Shown here: positions 39,124-51,630 of the stretch, in pieces
Layout of the letters: each line of letters starts with the position of its first letter
How positions within the stretch are numbered: position 1 is the stretch's first letter
From: Podarcis cretensis
Lineage: Eukaryota
Assembly: GCA_951804945.1 (NCBI GenBank)
Contig: OX638159.1
Location: 24,614,001-24,678,000 of the forward strand
Direction: 5' to 3'
Length of the DNA stretch: 64,000 nt
The notes under the pieces: generated by a model
Seen by the model: the letters and a program-made list of their open reading frames with translations, nothing else
Databases searched by the model: none
What the model was told of the DNA's origin: nothing
Made by a program: the position numbers and the translations under genes

Positions 39124-40340
39124 CTCATTATAACACACACTCACTGCCCTACTCCCAAGCTTTATTCGGAGGGGGTGGTTTTCCTGGAGAGTGCAACTGG
39201 AAAGCCAAGGTTCAACCATGTCAGCCCTGCTGCAGTCTGAGGAAGGTCCCACACACATGCCTGCTTCCATTAGCCTTGGAAAAAGCCATCTATTTGAGCT
39301 AGTAGAGGGCTTTTATCCCAGCCTCGTTGCAGGGGGAGAGGGAATATTGGGGGGGGGGATTACAGCAGGGGAAGAGCTACATGAGCATGTTCAGTGTTCG
39401 AAACTCCCATTGTTCTAGGCGCATTTTGCAGCAGGGAATTTCATTAGCTCTGGGCGCAGTACTGCACCTAAGATTTCAGATTAAAACTGAAGAGTGGAAG
39501 GAAAGGAGGACCTTTTTCTGCCTCCCCACTTCCAGCTACTCTCTGAAGACTGGAGGAAAGACCCTCTGAGGAGTATTAAGGAGGGGTGGGGAGGGGAAGG
39601 ACTAGACCATGTGAAAAATTAACATAATATTTTAGTTGCAGTTCATTCATTTTCAGCTTTGTATTCTTGTTACAAAAAAAGTGTGCCTATAGATTCCATT
39701 TTTGCGCCCAAAGCCTAGGTTCAAGGTTCCGTTTAGCTCCTGGCTTTTGTATCTCAGTTTCTAACACTGAGCATGCTTCTTCTGAGTTTAATTTCAGCAG
39801 GGTAAGGAGTGGGATGCTGTGGGCACTGGGAAAAAGCCTCTGTGAACACATCTATGCCTATAGGCACTGTGTTAGCAACCCATGCATTAGCAGATGTGTC
39901 CAAATAAACATAGTGATATTCCTTTTGCTTATGGGGTAAAAAAAAGTTGCTGTTTTAACATTTCCTGTCAGTGGTAATCTAACAACTATGGGTGGGCTTA
40001 CTGTATAAAATGCTTCTTCATGTTTGTATCATACACTGGAAAGTATAGAGAAAGTTGGAGATAGAAACCCCCATTTGTTTCCAGGTATAGATACTTTACC
40101 ATGTTGTTTGCTGTCAAATTGGGGATTCTTTCAAGGGTGATACCAGAGGTTGGTTATGCTCCTTCCCTTGCCCATCCTTCACTCACATTACTATTGGTAC
40201 AAACTAAGAGATGAATCATGGAGAACTGGTATTTATTTATTTCAATGCATAATTTCCCAGGTTCATTTACCAAATTCTACTTCCAGGGCGTCATATTTAC
40301 TTTGAAGTATAGCTTCGAAATACAACTTCGAAATACAACT

Positions 40341-40970
40341 GCAGTGTGACGCGGCAGCTTAAAAAGCCAATGCAATTCTGGGCTGCATCAATAGGAGTAT
40401 AGCATCTAGATCAAGGGAAGTAATAGTGCCACTGTATTCTGCTCTGGTCAGACCTCACCTAGAGTACTGTTTCCAGTTCTGGGCATCACAGTTCAAGAGA
40501 GGACACTGACAAACTGGAACGTGTCCAGATGAGGGCAACCAAAATGGTCAAAGGCCTGGAAACGATGCCTTATGAGGAACAGCTAAGGGAGCTGGGCATG
40601 TTTAGCCTGGAGAAGAGGAGGTTAAGGGGTGATATGATAGCCATGTTCAAATATATAAAAGGATGTCACATAGAGGAGGGAGAAAGGTTGTTTTCTGCTG
40701 CTCCAGAGAAGCGGACACGGAGCAATGGATCCAAACTACAAGAAAGAAGATTCCACCTAAACATTAGGAAGAACTTCCTGACAGTAAGAGCTGTTCGACA
40801 GTGGAATTTGCTGCCAAGGAGTGTGGTGGAGTCTCCTTCTTTGGAGGTCTTTAAGCAGAGGCTTGACAACCATATGTCAGGAGTGCTCTGATGGTGTTTC
40901 CTGCTTGGCAGGGGGTTGGACTCGATGGCCCTTGTGGTCTCTTCCAACTCTATGATTCTATGATTCTATG
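40341..40970 (+). mobile_element. CR1 LINE 3' fragment, young, same subfamily as 7171-8507
   Basis: Encodes [41 protein letters not shown]...FKQRLDNHMSGVL followed by a stop. 3' tail tctatgattctatgattctatg. Confidence 0.95.
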
Positions 40971-41006
40971 TATAGCTTCAAAGTATAACTTCGAAGTATG
41001 AGATAA

Positions 41007-41322
41007 GGGTGGTGCTGTGGTGTAAACCACTGAGCCTAGGGCTTGCTGATCGGAAGGTCAGCGGTTCGAATCCCCGCGACGGGGTGAGCTCCCAGCTCCT
41101 GCCAACCTAGCAGTTTGAAGCACATCAAAGTGCAAGTAGATAAATAGGTACCGCTCCGGCGGGAAGGTAAACGGCGTTTCCGTGTGCTGCTCTGGTCTCG
41201 CCAGAAGTGGCTTAGTCATGCTGGCCACATGACCCAGAAAAACTGTCTGCGGACAAACGCCGCAAGCCCAGAGTCGTCTGCGACTGGACTTAACTGTCCG
41301 GGGTCCTTTACCTTTACCTTTT
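41007..41322 (+). mobile_element. Sauria SINE, divergent subfamily with small internal deletions
   Basis: B box ggttcgaatccc, shared core agtagataaataggtacc and tail tttacctttacc. The 3' third differs from the other copies. Confidence 0.88.
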
Positions 41323-42500
41323 TATAGCTGTCTCATGGCTTACTGTGATGTAGTTAGCATTACAGTATCAATTGATCGCTTGGCAGAAGGGTAAAAATTC
41401 CTGAGCAGCACGTCATTGTGTTAATCTTAATGATCTAAATCTTTAATTATTTATGATGGAAGGTCATGCATCACCTTTCTGTCAAAACAGATGCAGCACC
41501 TGAACTTAAATTGCATTCGTTGCAAAAAGATGTTGGGCTGCAAAGGGAAGAAAGAATGTTCTCTCCAGTTTTTGTTAGGTTTCCCCCCTTATGTGTGATC
41601 AACTACACATTTCTGGGTAAATATACAAAGAGTAACAAGCTTGCCATGCTGCAGGATAAAATGACAAGATGTGCTTCATGAAATTGCTAGCCTAGAAACC
41701 ATAATTGTTGTGGCATATTACTTTGCATTCAAAGGAATACTTGTGATTTTCTCCTGTTGAAAACAACTAATGGAAAGATGAAGTCATTATATTCTGAAAG
41801 CAGAAGAGGTAAAGTACAGCAGAAAAATAACAAGCAGGCAAAACTCAAAATATATGCTGTTTTTCTAGTTGGAAGCTTTTCTGGGGATAAGGAATAAAAG
41901 CTATAAAGGGTTGAACTGAACTGAGAAGCCACAAACAGGGAAGGGATTAATTTTTTAAAAAAATCACTAATGGGTCTTAATATGTTACCTGTGAAAGATT
42001 TTGTTAAAGATTACTTCAAGTTGCATGTAATGCTTGCCCGTTTACAGATGTTAACTTACAGCACAATCCTAAACAGGCCAGCTGAGAAGTAAATCCTATT
42101 GAATTAAGTGGAGTCTACTTCTTGGTAAATGGGGTTAGGATTGAAGCCCTAGACATTGTATCATTCTATACAATTTCAGCGCTACTTACGGTTTTCTGAT
42201 TCTGTTTTTCTTAAAAAAAATATTTGATAAGGTTAAACTCATAAGGAAAATCCGTATTCTCTACCTCACACACAGACAGATGGATAGATCAAGTACTGCC
42301 AGCTTTCCTGCTCAGTGATTATTGAACTTTAGCATGGGGAAGGGGTGATCTGAAATCTTTCTGCCCAGCATCACAGTGAGGATCTTCATCATCACTATCA
42401 CTATCATTATTAGGTATTTCAGTTTATATCCTCTTCCACTCAAATGAGCCAAAGGTGGCAACAGCATGTAGTTCCCACTAGTGCTCTGTCCTTTTTTTCA

Positions 42501-42628
42501 TGTTGTTTGTTGTTGTTTAGTCATTTAGTCATGTCCGACTCCGTGACCCCATAGACCAGAGCATGCCAGGCACTCCTGCCTTCCACTGCCTCCCGCAGTT
42601 TGGTCAAACTCATGTTGGTAGCTTCATA
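42501..42628 (-). mobile_element. RTE-BovB LINE extreme 3' end (about 125 bp, 5'-truncated)
   Basis: Minus strand reads ggggtcacggagtcggacatgactaaatgactaaacaacaac, a BovB-type 3' end with a (CAA)n tail. Confidence 0.8.
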
Positions 42629-42984
42629 AGGTAAAGGGTAAAGGGATCCCTGACCATTAGGTCCATTCGTGACCGACTCTGGGGTTGCGGCGCTCATCTC
42701 GCTTTATTGGCCGAGGGAGCCGGCGTACAGCTTCCGGGTCATGTGGCCAGCATGACTAAGCCGCTTCTGGTGAACCAGAGCAGCGCACGGAAACGCCGTT
42801 TACCTTTCCGCTGGAGTGGTACCTATTTATCTACTTGCACTTTGACGTGCTTTCAAACTGCTAGGTTGGCAGGAGCAGGGACCGAGCAATGGGAGCTCAC
42901 CCCTTTGCGGGTATTCGAACCGCTGACCTTCTGATCGGCAAGTCCTAGGCTCTGTGGTTTAACCCACAGCGCCACCTGCATGCC
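42629..42984 (-). mobile_element. Sauria SINE, full length
   Basis: 12-bp TSD ggtagcttcata at 42617-42628 and 42985-42996. Confidence 0.93.
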
Positions 42985-45900
42985 GGTAGCTTCATAGGGG
43001 ATGCCAAATTGGGTTGGATTGCTGGTGGGTTACCAGGAAAGTCTTGGTGGGACACAGCAACCTAGCTTCTGCCCAAGCCCATAGTTAGTGTTAACATATA
43101 GGCAAACCTCTATTTGTGCAGGGGTTGTGTTCTGGGTCATTGTGCATGACGACGGAATGCACACAGGCCCACTCCACCCTGTTCTACCCCCGCCCCCATT
43201 CCATCCCTCTTTCTGGCCACTTCTGGGTCGCCGCGAAACACAACCAGTTGATGTCACACATCAATTGGTTGCACATAAATCGGTCATGGCCTGCACTGAA
43301 TATATAATGCTTAAACATCTCTGAAAATGCACATGAGAAAATGTTCCCGATCTTGGAACTGTGGTAGGGTATTCGCCCTATGTAGGCATAACATCTTTTT
43401 ATGTGGGAAGTGTTTTAAATTTTATACCTGCAACTGCTTTAATGTCACACCCTGTGGGAGCACATTTGCACTCCTCATCTAATCATAAGTAGACACAGAT
43501 AATAAGCCTCCTTATACTATGATGCGCTTCATCATGAGAGCGACACAAGCATGTTTTGTGACTGTGGAAAGTAGATTGGGTATCACTATCCAGCCACTAT
43601 GTCTTTTTTCTGTAGGAAAGCTGTTGCAGAAAAGAAAAATGGGGGTGGGGGAACAAAACCAGGAGCAAAATATTTTAGCTAATTATGAAGGGAATTATTT
43701 TCTTTGTTCATATAGAAACTCCTTTAATGTGTTGAAAAAGTGCAGTAATGATGAGATCTGGAATTCATTCTGCTCTGCATCATCATAAAGGGGGGAAAAC
43801 CCTTGGATGGCATTTTTGCCTACAGGCTGCTGAGAGCTGATTATTCTTCTAATCAGAGCCATCACAATCAGGGGAGACAATTAGCTAGGTTAGGTCTCTG
43901 CTGATTTCTCATATGGCCCTTAGCATCAGATGGCCTTGAGCACTCTTGAATCATGCCAACAAGTATTTCGATAGTCTGTATTCAACTCCACCTGCTGTCA
44001 TTAGGACTCTTTTTATCCCTTGAAGTGCTTGATTTTGTGCATACTTATTTATATTAAACTCAGACTGAAGGAACTTGCTGTCTTTCAAAAGAAAGAGCCT
44101 TCCAGACTTGACAATAACAGATGAGTTTAAACACCTGATTGATGCTCTGAAATTCATGAATTGAAATGTGTGATCTGCCTGTATGTCTGGCTTGCCTTTT
44201 TCTTTTAAAGTACAATAACACGTATTTAATGGATATAATTTAAAATTTGCTGGGTACAATAGGGACCAACAGCAGTTGGCCTCAGGGTCCTGCAGAGTTC
44301 TAGTTTTCCTACAGTAATCAACCAGAGGCACGTGGGTGTATCGTGTAAGTGGGGATGTAGATCAAACTGCAGAACACTTTGGTGGGTGGATGAGATCGCT
44401 CCCAATTCTTCCTTTCTAGCCATGAGAGACAGCAGTCACCCATCTCACCTTAATCAAACTGGCCTTTCAATGTTTGTACTCCACAAAGGAGCGTGCCACA
44501 TCTGGACGGGCAGCATGAGCAATGGAAGTTTTTATAAAAAAGGTTTTCGTATATAAAATAACAAATGCCCTTTATAAAGTAAAACGTCCTTTTCATAGAA
44601 GAAAGTTGAGGATATAAAAAGACTTCCATCTGCTGAATATATTGCCTAAAGGTTTGGTGAAGGCCAAAGTCTTGAGTCTTTTGCTTCTGGGAACTTGGAA
44701 GACCTAATTGCCTCCCTGTAGTTTTCAAATTGAAGGAGATTTATCACTCAAACAAGACTCTGCAGATCTTTTGTTACCATTGGGTTTTAGTTGAGGAAAG
44801 CAGGTGTAAAACAGGTTTGCTTATGCGTGCTGTGCTGTAAAATTCCCACAGCAGGTGTTAGGCAGCAAAGAGACAACTTCTTGGGGCCTTCAAACTGTGA
44901 CACTGTGCAAAATTAAGCCGTAAAGGTTGTCATGGTTAAGATCATTGATTGGCCAGCACTTGGAAAGTCTAATGTACATTTACTGTGCAAAGGAGGTAAC
45001 ATAATGGTGGCTGCTCAGGAAATGCTTTACGCTCTAGTTTTTAAGACCTTTTCACAAATGTTTCAACTAAAACTTCAGGTGAGTGATGGACCCAGACATA
45101 ATTTCCATTAAAAATATCTTGAATGCTTGTCCCTCGTGGCAATCTACTATTCTAATCATGCTCTGGGTGCAACAATTCCTCATTTCTAAGGGGGCAATGA
45201 TTGAAAGGTCTTTTTAAAATAATTATTCAGAGGCTAGGAACCAACAAGGCCTGGAGAGAGACCGGGAACCAGCAAGGCCCGAAGAGTATCATTGGGCTCT
45301 GCATACAGAGCAGTGTCCCAAAATGCATTCTGTCATCTTCATCTTGTACAGCAGGAAGCAATTCTAGGAAGGCGGAATTTAGTGCTCATTGCAGAATATT
45401 CAACAGATGAAAACTGTTGAAGGTAGATTTTATGTTCATGCTTCTAATGCTGCAAATTTCACTGGGGGAAAAAATCAAACCTGGATTTAATCTACAAGTG
45501 CAGCCTATAAATAAAAATGGGTGCAGTAAAGACAGTGATTCACACGTAATTAGTATTGTGTGTAACCACCATATATTATTTACATCATATCTACATATGA
45601 CAATACAATATAAAAATGTGCACATTACTTGCAGTTTACATAGAACATTTTACTACAGATGTGCTTCAGAGGAATTACTGCTGACACTTTTGTTAGTGTG
45701 TCATTGAAGTCATGAGGATTCAATAGAATATTTGCATACCCAAAATGAAGTGGTTCAATCAAAGGAGTCTTACTCCTTACTCCATATGGCCTTCCATAAA
45801 CCAGCCCCATTCTTGAAAGTGGGCTGGAACTAATATATTGTCTCATGAACATGGTAAGGTGACATACCTTAGGATTTATGCGCCAACAGATCTGTCAGAG

Positions 45901-48900
45901 GAGGCATGGAGCTGGAAGAAGATATTTTTAAGCAGGATTTCAGGTAGAAACATACTAAAGTCATCTTTGTTGGTGGAACATTAAGAACAGCTTCATAAAC
46001 TTGACTTCTTGTTGCAATCAAATGTCTGGTGTCAATGTTTAAGTAAGGTACGCAATTGTGTAAGATTGGAGTTAACCAGTTTTATGCTGTCTGTGGTTTA
46101 TGTTGTGGGAGCTGGTTAGTTTTTGTTTTCAAAACTTGTATACAAGGCTTCTCTAGTCTATAATGCATATATGATATAATCTGTTGCACAGATGTATATG
46201 TGGACAGTCGCAGTCATTATTTTTTGTGACATACAATGCAATGTTAAAACGAGGACTTGAGAACCTAATTACTGTAAGTTTCTAGAAAAGCATTTTAATA
46301 GACTTTTTCCTGTTGGATTTGCTTCATTCTCATTCATCAATAATATTGTATAGAAGAGTAGAAATACAAATTATAAAACCTATTGGTGTCAGTATCTGTG
46401 TAAATTGCTTAGGGAAAGGCAATGTGAATTATGGTGCAAGTGATTTTCCTTTTGGCTTTTTGAGTGTGAAAAGCAAGACCTTTCTGCAGATGGGCCATTG
46501 TTCTCCATAACCATTAATAGATGTCAGCAAATGCCTCGGGGCAGGGTTAACAAATACCAATCATTGTCGCATTCCATCAAATCTGATGGACTGTAGCTCT
46601 TAAGTTAGACACATGGTCAACACATGTTATGCAGCTCATGTCTGCATTGTTTAGCACCATACCCATGGGTGCTTTTTCCTTTTTGCTGTTTGGTGCCTCT
46701 CAATTAACTCTTAGAACTGAAGTTTTAATGTAGGAATCAAAGAGTTATAATGTCTTAATATCAGTTCACTGCATTTTTTTTGTATTATGCTATGATATAA
46801 TTAGTTGTTGAATGTAGGGTTCAGACATGTACTGCCCCCTCTGTGTAATATTCTAATGTACACATTTATTTGTTTCTCCTAAAAATAGACATTATGATTG
46901 CAGCCTTAGAAGTGTGCCTCAATGGCCAAAATAACAAATTATGTACATATTTACAGAGACAATTATATACATGCATACCAGTATGTTCTAAAGTGATAGG
47001 ATGTAATACACTGTTGATTGCTAAATATTGTTATCTAGACTGCATGAACAGAAATTCAATAGAAGGCTTGCCTGTCCCTGCCCTCCATCCCTAATTAGAG
47101 CACATGATATCCGGGAAGGCAGAATGTTTCTGAAAAGAGCATTTGACTAATACCTAAATCTGGGTAAAATATAGATGGGAAGCAGTAGGAGAAAGGTAGA
47201 TTGGAACTTAGCGTAGCTAAAAAAAATAAACAACTCTACAAAGCTCCTCCTCCCAGCTGTGCAGGAAGGGGGAGAGTATATGAGCCCGATGGTTGCCTTG
47301 GGCTCACTGATGTAGCACTAAGCCGTGGTTTAGGCATGCAAACACTGCTAGCATTTGACAGCAAAATCTGTGGTGGTTAATTATGAGCTTCCTTGCTGCT
47401 GCCAAAAATAAAGTGGAATAAATGTTGTGAGTCAGACCCTAAGTACTACTGGATAGAACTAATGTGAAGGAAGTAATTGGGAACTGAAATTCATGAGAGC
47501 GCATATCTGTAAATCAGCCTGGCAAAGATTTTGGCATAGACTTGGATGTTGGGTTTCTGTAGTTTGGAAACAGACTGCAAGTGATTGCTGATGGACCTCA
47601 GTATCTGCTTGGGTGTGATCGCCTGCAGTTTATGTGACTCGGGCCATTGATACTAAAGTTCAGCTCATAAGTCTAAATGATGCCTTTGAAAGAATAAAAG
47701 CTTGTCTTGTACTCTTCCCCCTCCCATCTCTCTCCATCCCCCTCACTAAGCTAAATGCCCACAGCAATGAAAAATCAATAGGCAGGTAGAGGTTGCCATT
47801 GCAGGGATTAAAGCTATTGGAGCTGGGAGAATTTGAGGATGAGAGCTTGATCTCCTTGGAATCGATGCTCTGACATGTCACACAGCATGAATGTGCCCCT
47901 GATTGCCCTCTTGCTTTATCATCCATCTGCCTTGGCACAACTATTCTCCTGAAGCCCCGCGGCCTGGACAAGCACACACTTCTTAAGGATGGGACAAGAA
48001 GTCCCAAAGATCAAGAGGTGGCTTATGTGTGTTTACATTGAAGAGCGGTTGCCTTTCTTGTACATTCTTCTGGAAAGTACCGTTTAATCAAAAGAAGAGA
48101 GGAAAGGGAGAGAAGGGATGTTCATGAGAAGATAAGAGTGTTAAGTGCATAAAAGTGTTCCCGTATTTGACCAGTTGCTACTAAAGTGGCTAGATTTATA
48201 GCTGGGAAGTAAATGTTGACTGTTTTTGTGGTGTGTTATGGAAAGAGTAACTTTTTATGCTTACATTATCTCTTTATGTATATTGCTTTCTGCAGTGTTT
48301 GGCTGTGATACAAGATCCAACTGTACGAAAAGTTATGGGTATGGGATTGAACCACAGATAATTCAAGAAACAAGGTTGCACTTTTAATATATAACTACAT
48401 TAAAAATCATTATACTTAGCTTAGTTTTGTTGGTTTGCATGTCCTTTCATGCAGTGTAGCTTGGTTTTGATGAGAAAAGGACATAGCATGTTAAAAGCTT
48501 CCCAGTAGCTATTGCACCCACCCATGATTCTGTCACCACCGTTGATCATTATTGTTCTGTTCAAACCCAAGGCTCTTATTTATTGAGTTAACATTTATGA
48601 GTTGCTGCTCTTCTTCAATTGATTCTGTCCTTAAATACAGTGCAAGAAAGGTGTCTCTTGGTTCGAAATATACAGAGGATGCTCCTGCATTTATTGGCAT
48701 ATTTCTTGCAGGCAGAGACATGCATAAAATTAAGGCTGCCCAGCTTTAATCAGTCTGTCTAGTAGATAGAGTAGACATACTTTGGTTGACTGCCCAGCAT
48801 TGGCAGGTTGTTGTATTTTAATTGTTGGATATGAAAATGAAGCAACCCTTTGTTGTTGTTGTTGTAGACATTTTGTATGACTGTAGTAGGAATGGTTTCT

Positions 48901-50889
48901 GGTAGCATTTCCTACGAGCAGTTAGGGGTAGCTTTTAAAATCAGGGCTATTCCTGGCCCTACTTTGTGCACTGCAGTGTGTATGAGAGGCCCGTTATTAT
49001 GGAAAAGGACAGCAGGCATTGGCACCCAACTTTTGTGCATGCTTCTCTGTGCACATTGTTCCACAGAGTGTCCCTTGTGTTTTATATTTCAGTATTCTAA
49101 AAAAAAGGAAGAAGCTGGATTGAAGTTTTGATAAGATGAAGTGGATTTTATTTAACTGCTTAAAAGCTTGGTGATCATAGCAGAAGCTGATCCATCTTTA
49201 GACTGTTTTCTATGAACTGAGATAGAAAGGGATCTTAGTGCTCATTTTCGGCAATAAATCATTACTGTTTACCCGTCCCTCCACCCTTCCATTGTTGCTG
49301 ATTGCATCCCACTTATATGATCCAACTAATTTGAAGCATTCAGGTGCCAGTGCAGGGTTACAATAGGAATAAGAGGGTGAAGCTAGATCTTTGACTCGTT
49401 GGCACAATGGAAATTGGGTAGCAAGATAGTCTTGGCTGTTCCTGAAAATGTGATAGGTCGTTGCAGTCTATTATAAGGCAGTAATTTCAGGTCTGATGAA
49501 GTCTCTCAAGTACAGGGACCTGATTCTGCTCAACTGTGTAATTGTGATGGAAGTGGGCCAATCAGAGACAACAGCTTTGGCACAACCTTTTGGGAGTTTT
49601 GTTCCAGTAGAGCAAGTGAAGGGTGGGGGGGGGGGGAATGAGAGAAGTTACAAATGATAAGTTGCTCTGCCTGATTTTGTAATGAACAAGTAATAAACGG
49701 CCTGGTTTCCCATGGAAGCCTGACGATTACAGAGCAGCCGCAGCTCTATGCCTGTATCCATGTTTTATTTTGATCATTGCAGCACAGCAGAGACAGGTAA
49801 TTATCATAATCTAACAATTAGCCTGGCATCCTTTCCCAGTGTTTAATTACCCAGATAAATAGTAATTGAATAGAGAGGACTTAATGATAAAAAGAAAAAC
49901 TTTCCCTCTGTCTCAGTGCTTTCCTGGCCTGAGCATGACTTATTAGTACTGTTATTGTAGAGGTCTTATTATTACTTTATATCCTGCCTTTCTTCCAAGT
50001 TGGGATTCAATGTGTGTTAACAAGAAGGTACAAGACATTCTTAACTACATTGGGACATAAAACAGACGATCTAACAATGGTCATCATCCTGGTACTTCGC
50101 TACCCTAATTTATTTGTTTTGTCCTACTTTTTTTTAAAAAGTAACAAAATGGAACCTTTCCAATATGCTGCCTTCTGCAACTAGAATAATGCATTGCTTT
50201 TTTAAAAAAAGTGAATAGAACTGAAATTAATACTCTGTCTGATTATTCTATTGTTCTTTGAGTTGGAATCAATGATGTTTTCAGCACTGCCTGTGAACAG
50301 TTTATTGGGTGGCATGGCAATTCTGACAAAAGGGGCATGATTTCTTTAAAGGAGTTTGTTTATGGGTATTTCTGAAATAGTGCTTTTGTATAAATTCTCA
50401 GCATCCAAATGATAGACGCAAGCACTATTTTTGCAATATCTTTAAATAAATTGTTTTATCTTCCAGCAAGCTTAATTACTAACCTCTAGCTTTTTAAATC
50501 ATTATGTGGGAGAGAGTATTGAGAAAAACGAAAATGAATGTATTGAGCTGTTCAAAAGAATAATGGAGTGATGATTCTTCTGTTGAGAGCTCACATTCGG
50601 TGGTATTTGGGTGTATCTTGAACGTTGGCTGACTTATGGGTTTGAATTCATATACTCCTCAAGTAATCTATAAACCACTGGCAGTCTGTTAACTAAGCTA
50701 CGAGATGGGTGGTTTGCAGAGGAATGCCATACTACAGTGGATTTGGTTGAGGCAGAGATGCTTCCACCTGTTCACAAATAGTAGACAGACATTACTGCTT
50801 ATGATAGCTAGTGGGGACTTCTAAAATAGGGCATTTTGGAGGAAAGGGGTAGGATTGAACCAGGACAGGACCTGCTGGATCCTGTGCAG

Positions 50890-50979
50890 CATAGCTGTCA
50901 ACGTTTCCCTTTTTAAAAGGGAAATTCCCTTATTCCAAATAGGATTCCTCGCCATAAAAGGGAAAAGTTGACAGCTATG
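50890..50979. mobile_element. 90-bp hAT MITE
   Basis: About 25-bp TIRs catagctgtcaac(g/t)tttccctttta. 8-bp TSD ctgtgcag/ttgtgcag. Confidence 0.8.
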
Positions 50980-51444
50980 TTGTGCAGCCATCACATGCAG
51001 GCAACAGGCCCCATCCAAGCCTTTTCATTGGCACAGCAAAGAGGATTCCCCTCCTTCCTCTGCCCAACCTTCCACCTTGGAAGGTGTGAGCAGTAGTGTT
51101 GTGGATGTGGTGGTATCCACAGCACACTATTAATCCCATCACTGCCATCCAAGGGTTTGGATTCAGCACTTTATATAGGTTTATATATGAAATGCATTTA
51201 AACATACGGTAATCCTAGGAGTGCATCTAATAGCCTTGTTCAGCTAACAGTAAGGGGGAATAAACCAGTTTTTGGCGATTTCCACGGGCGGTATTGTTGG
51301 ACACAGCCTTCAGTGTTTTATGATAGGCTTGTAAGTTTAATATAAAAAACTTCTTCAAGTAAGATATATAATTGTGCAACTGTATATTGTAAGAACTTTT
51401 TCACACGGCATCTGTTAATTAAATTAGCAATGTTAGGACGAGAC

Positions 51445-51630
51445 ATAGGAGCCAACTCCTAGGGGCCAAGGTCCCTTTGCCCCCCTATAAAATATTTTGG
51501 GGGGGTCCCCCTTAAAAATTAATGGACATTGCGATTCAAATGTGTGTGCGCGCGCCATGTCATGTGATCAATTATGGGGGGGGGGTTACCTGGGCTCCCC
51601 CAATATTTTATTCAAGTTGACACCCCCGGG
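51445..51630. mobile_element. Possible degenerate hAT-like MITE
   Basis: Termini cataggagccaact and aagttgacacccc, with G/C-run subterminal motifs. No convincing TSD. Confidence 0.4.

Noticed and set aside
39580-39602. G-quadruplex-like tract (also G runs at about 33535 and 49622)
   Set aside because: Such short G-rich tracts are common in this kind of genome and nothing here supports a function.
40985-41000. ataacttcgaagtat resembling a loxP arm
   Set aside because: Only 9 bp match, there is no 8-bp spacer or second arm, and it is explained by the local 13-bp repeat.
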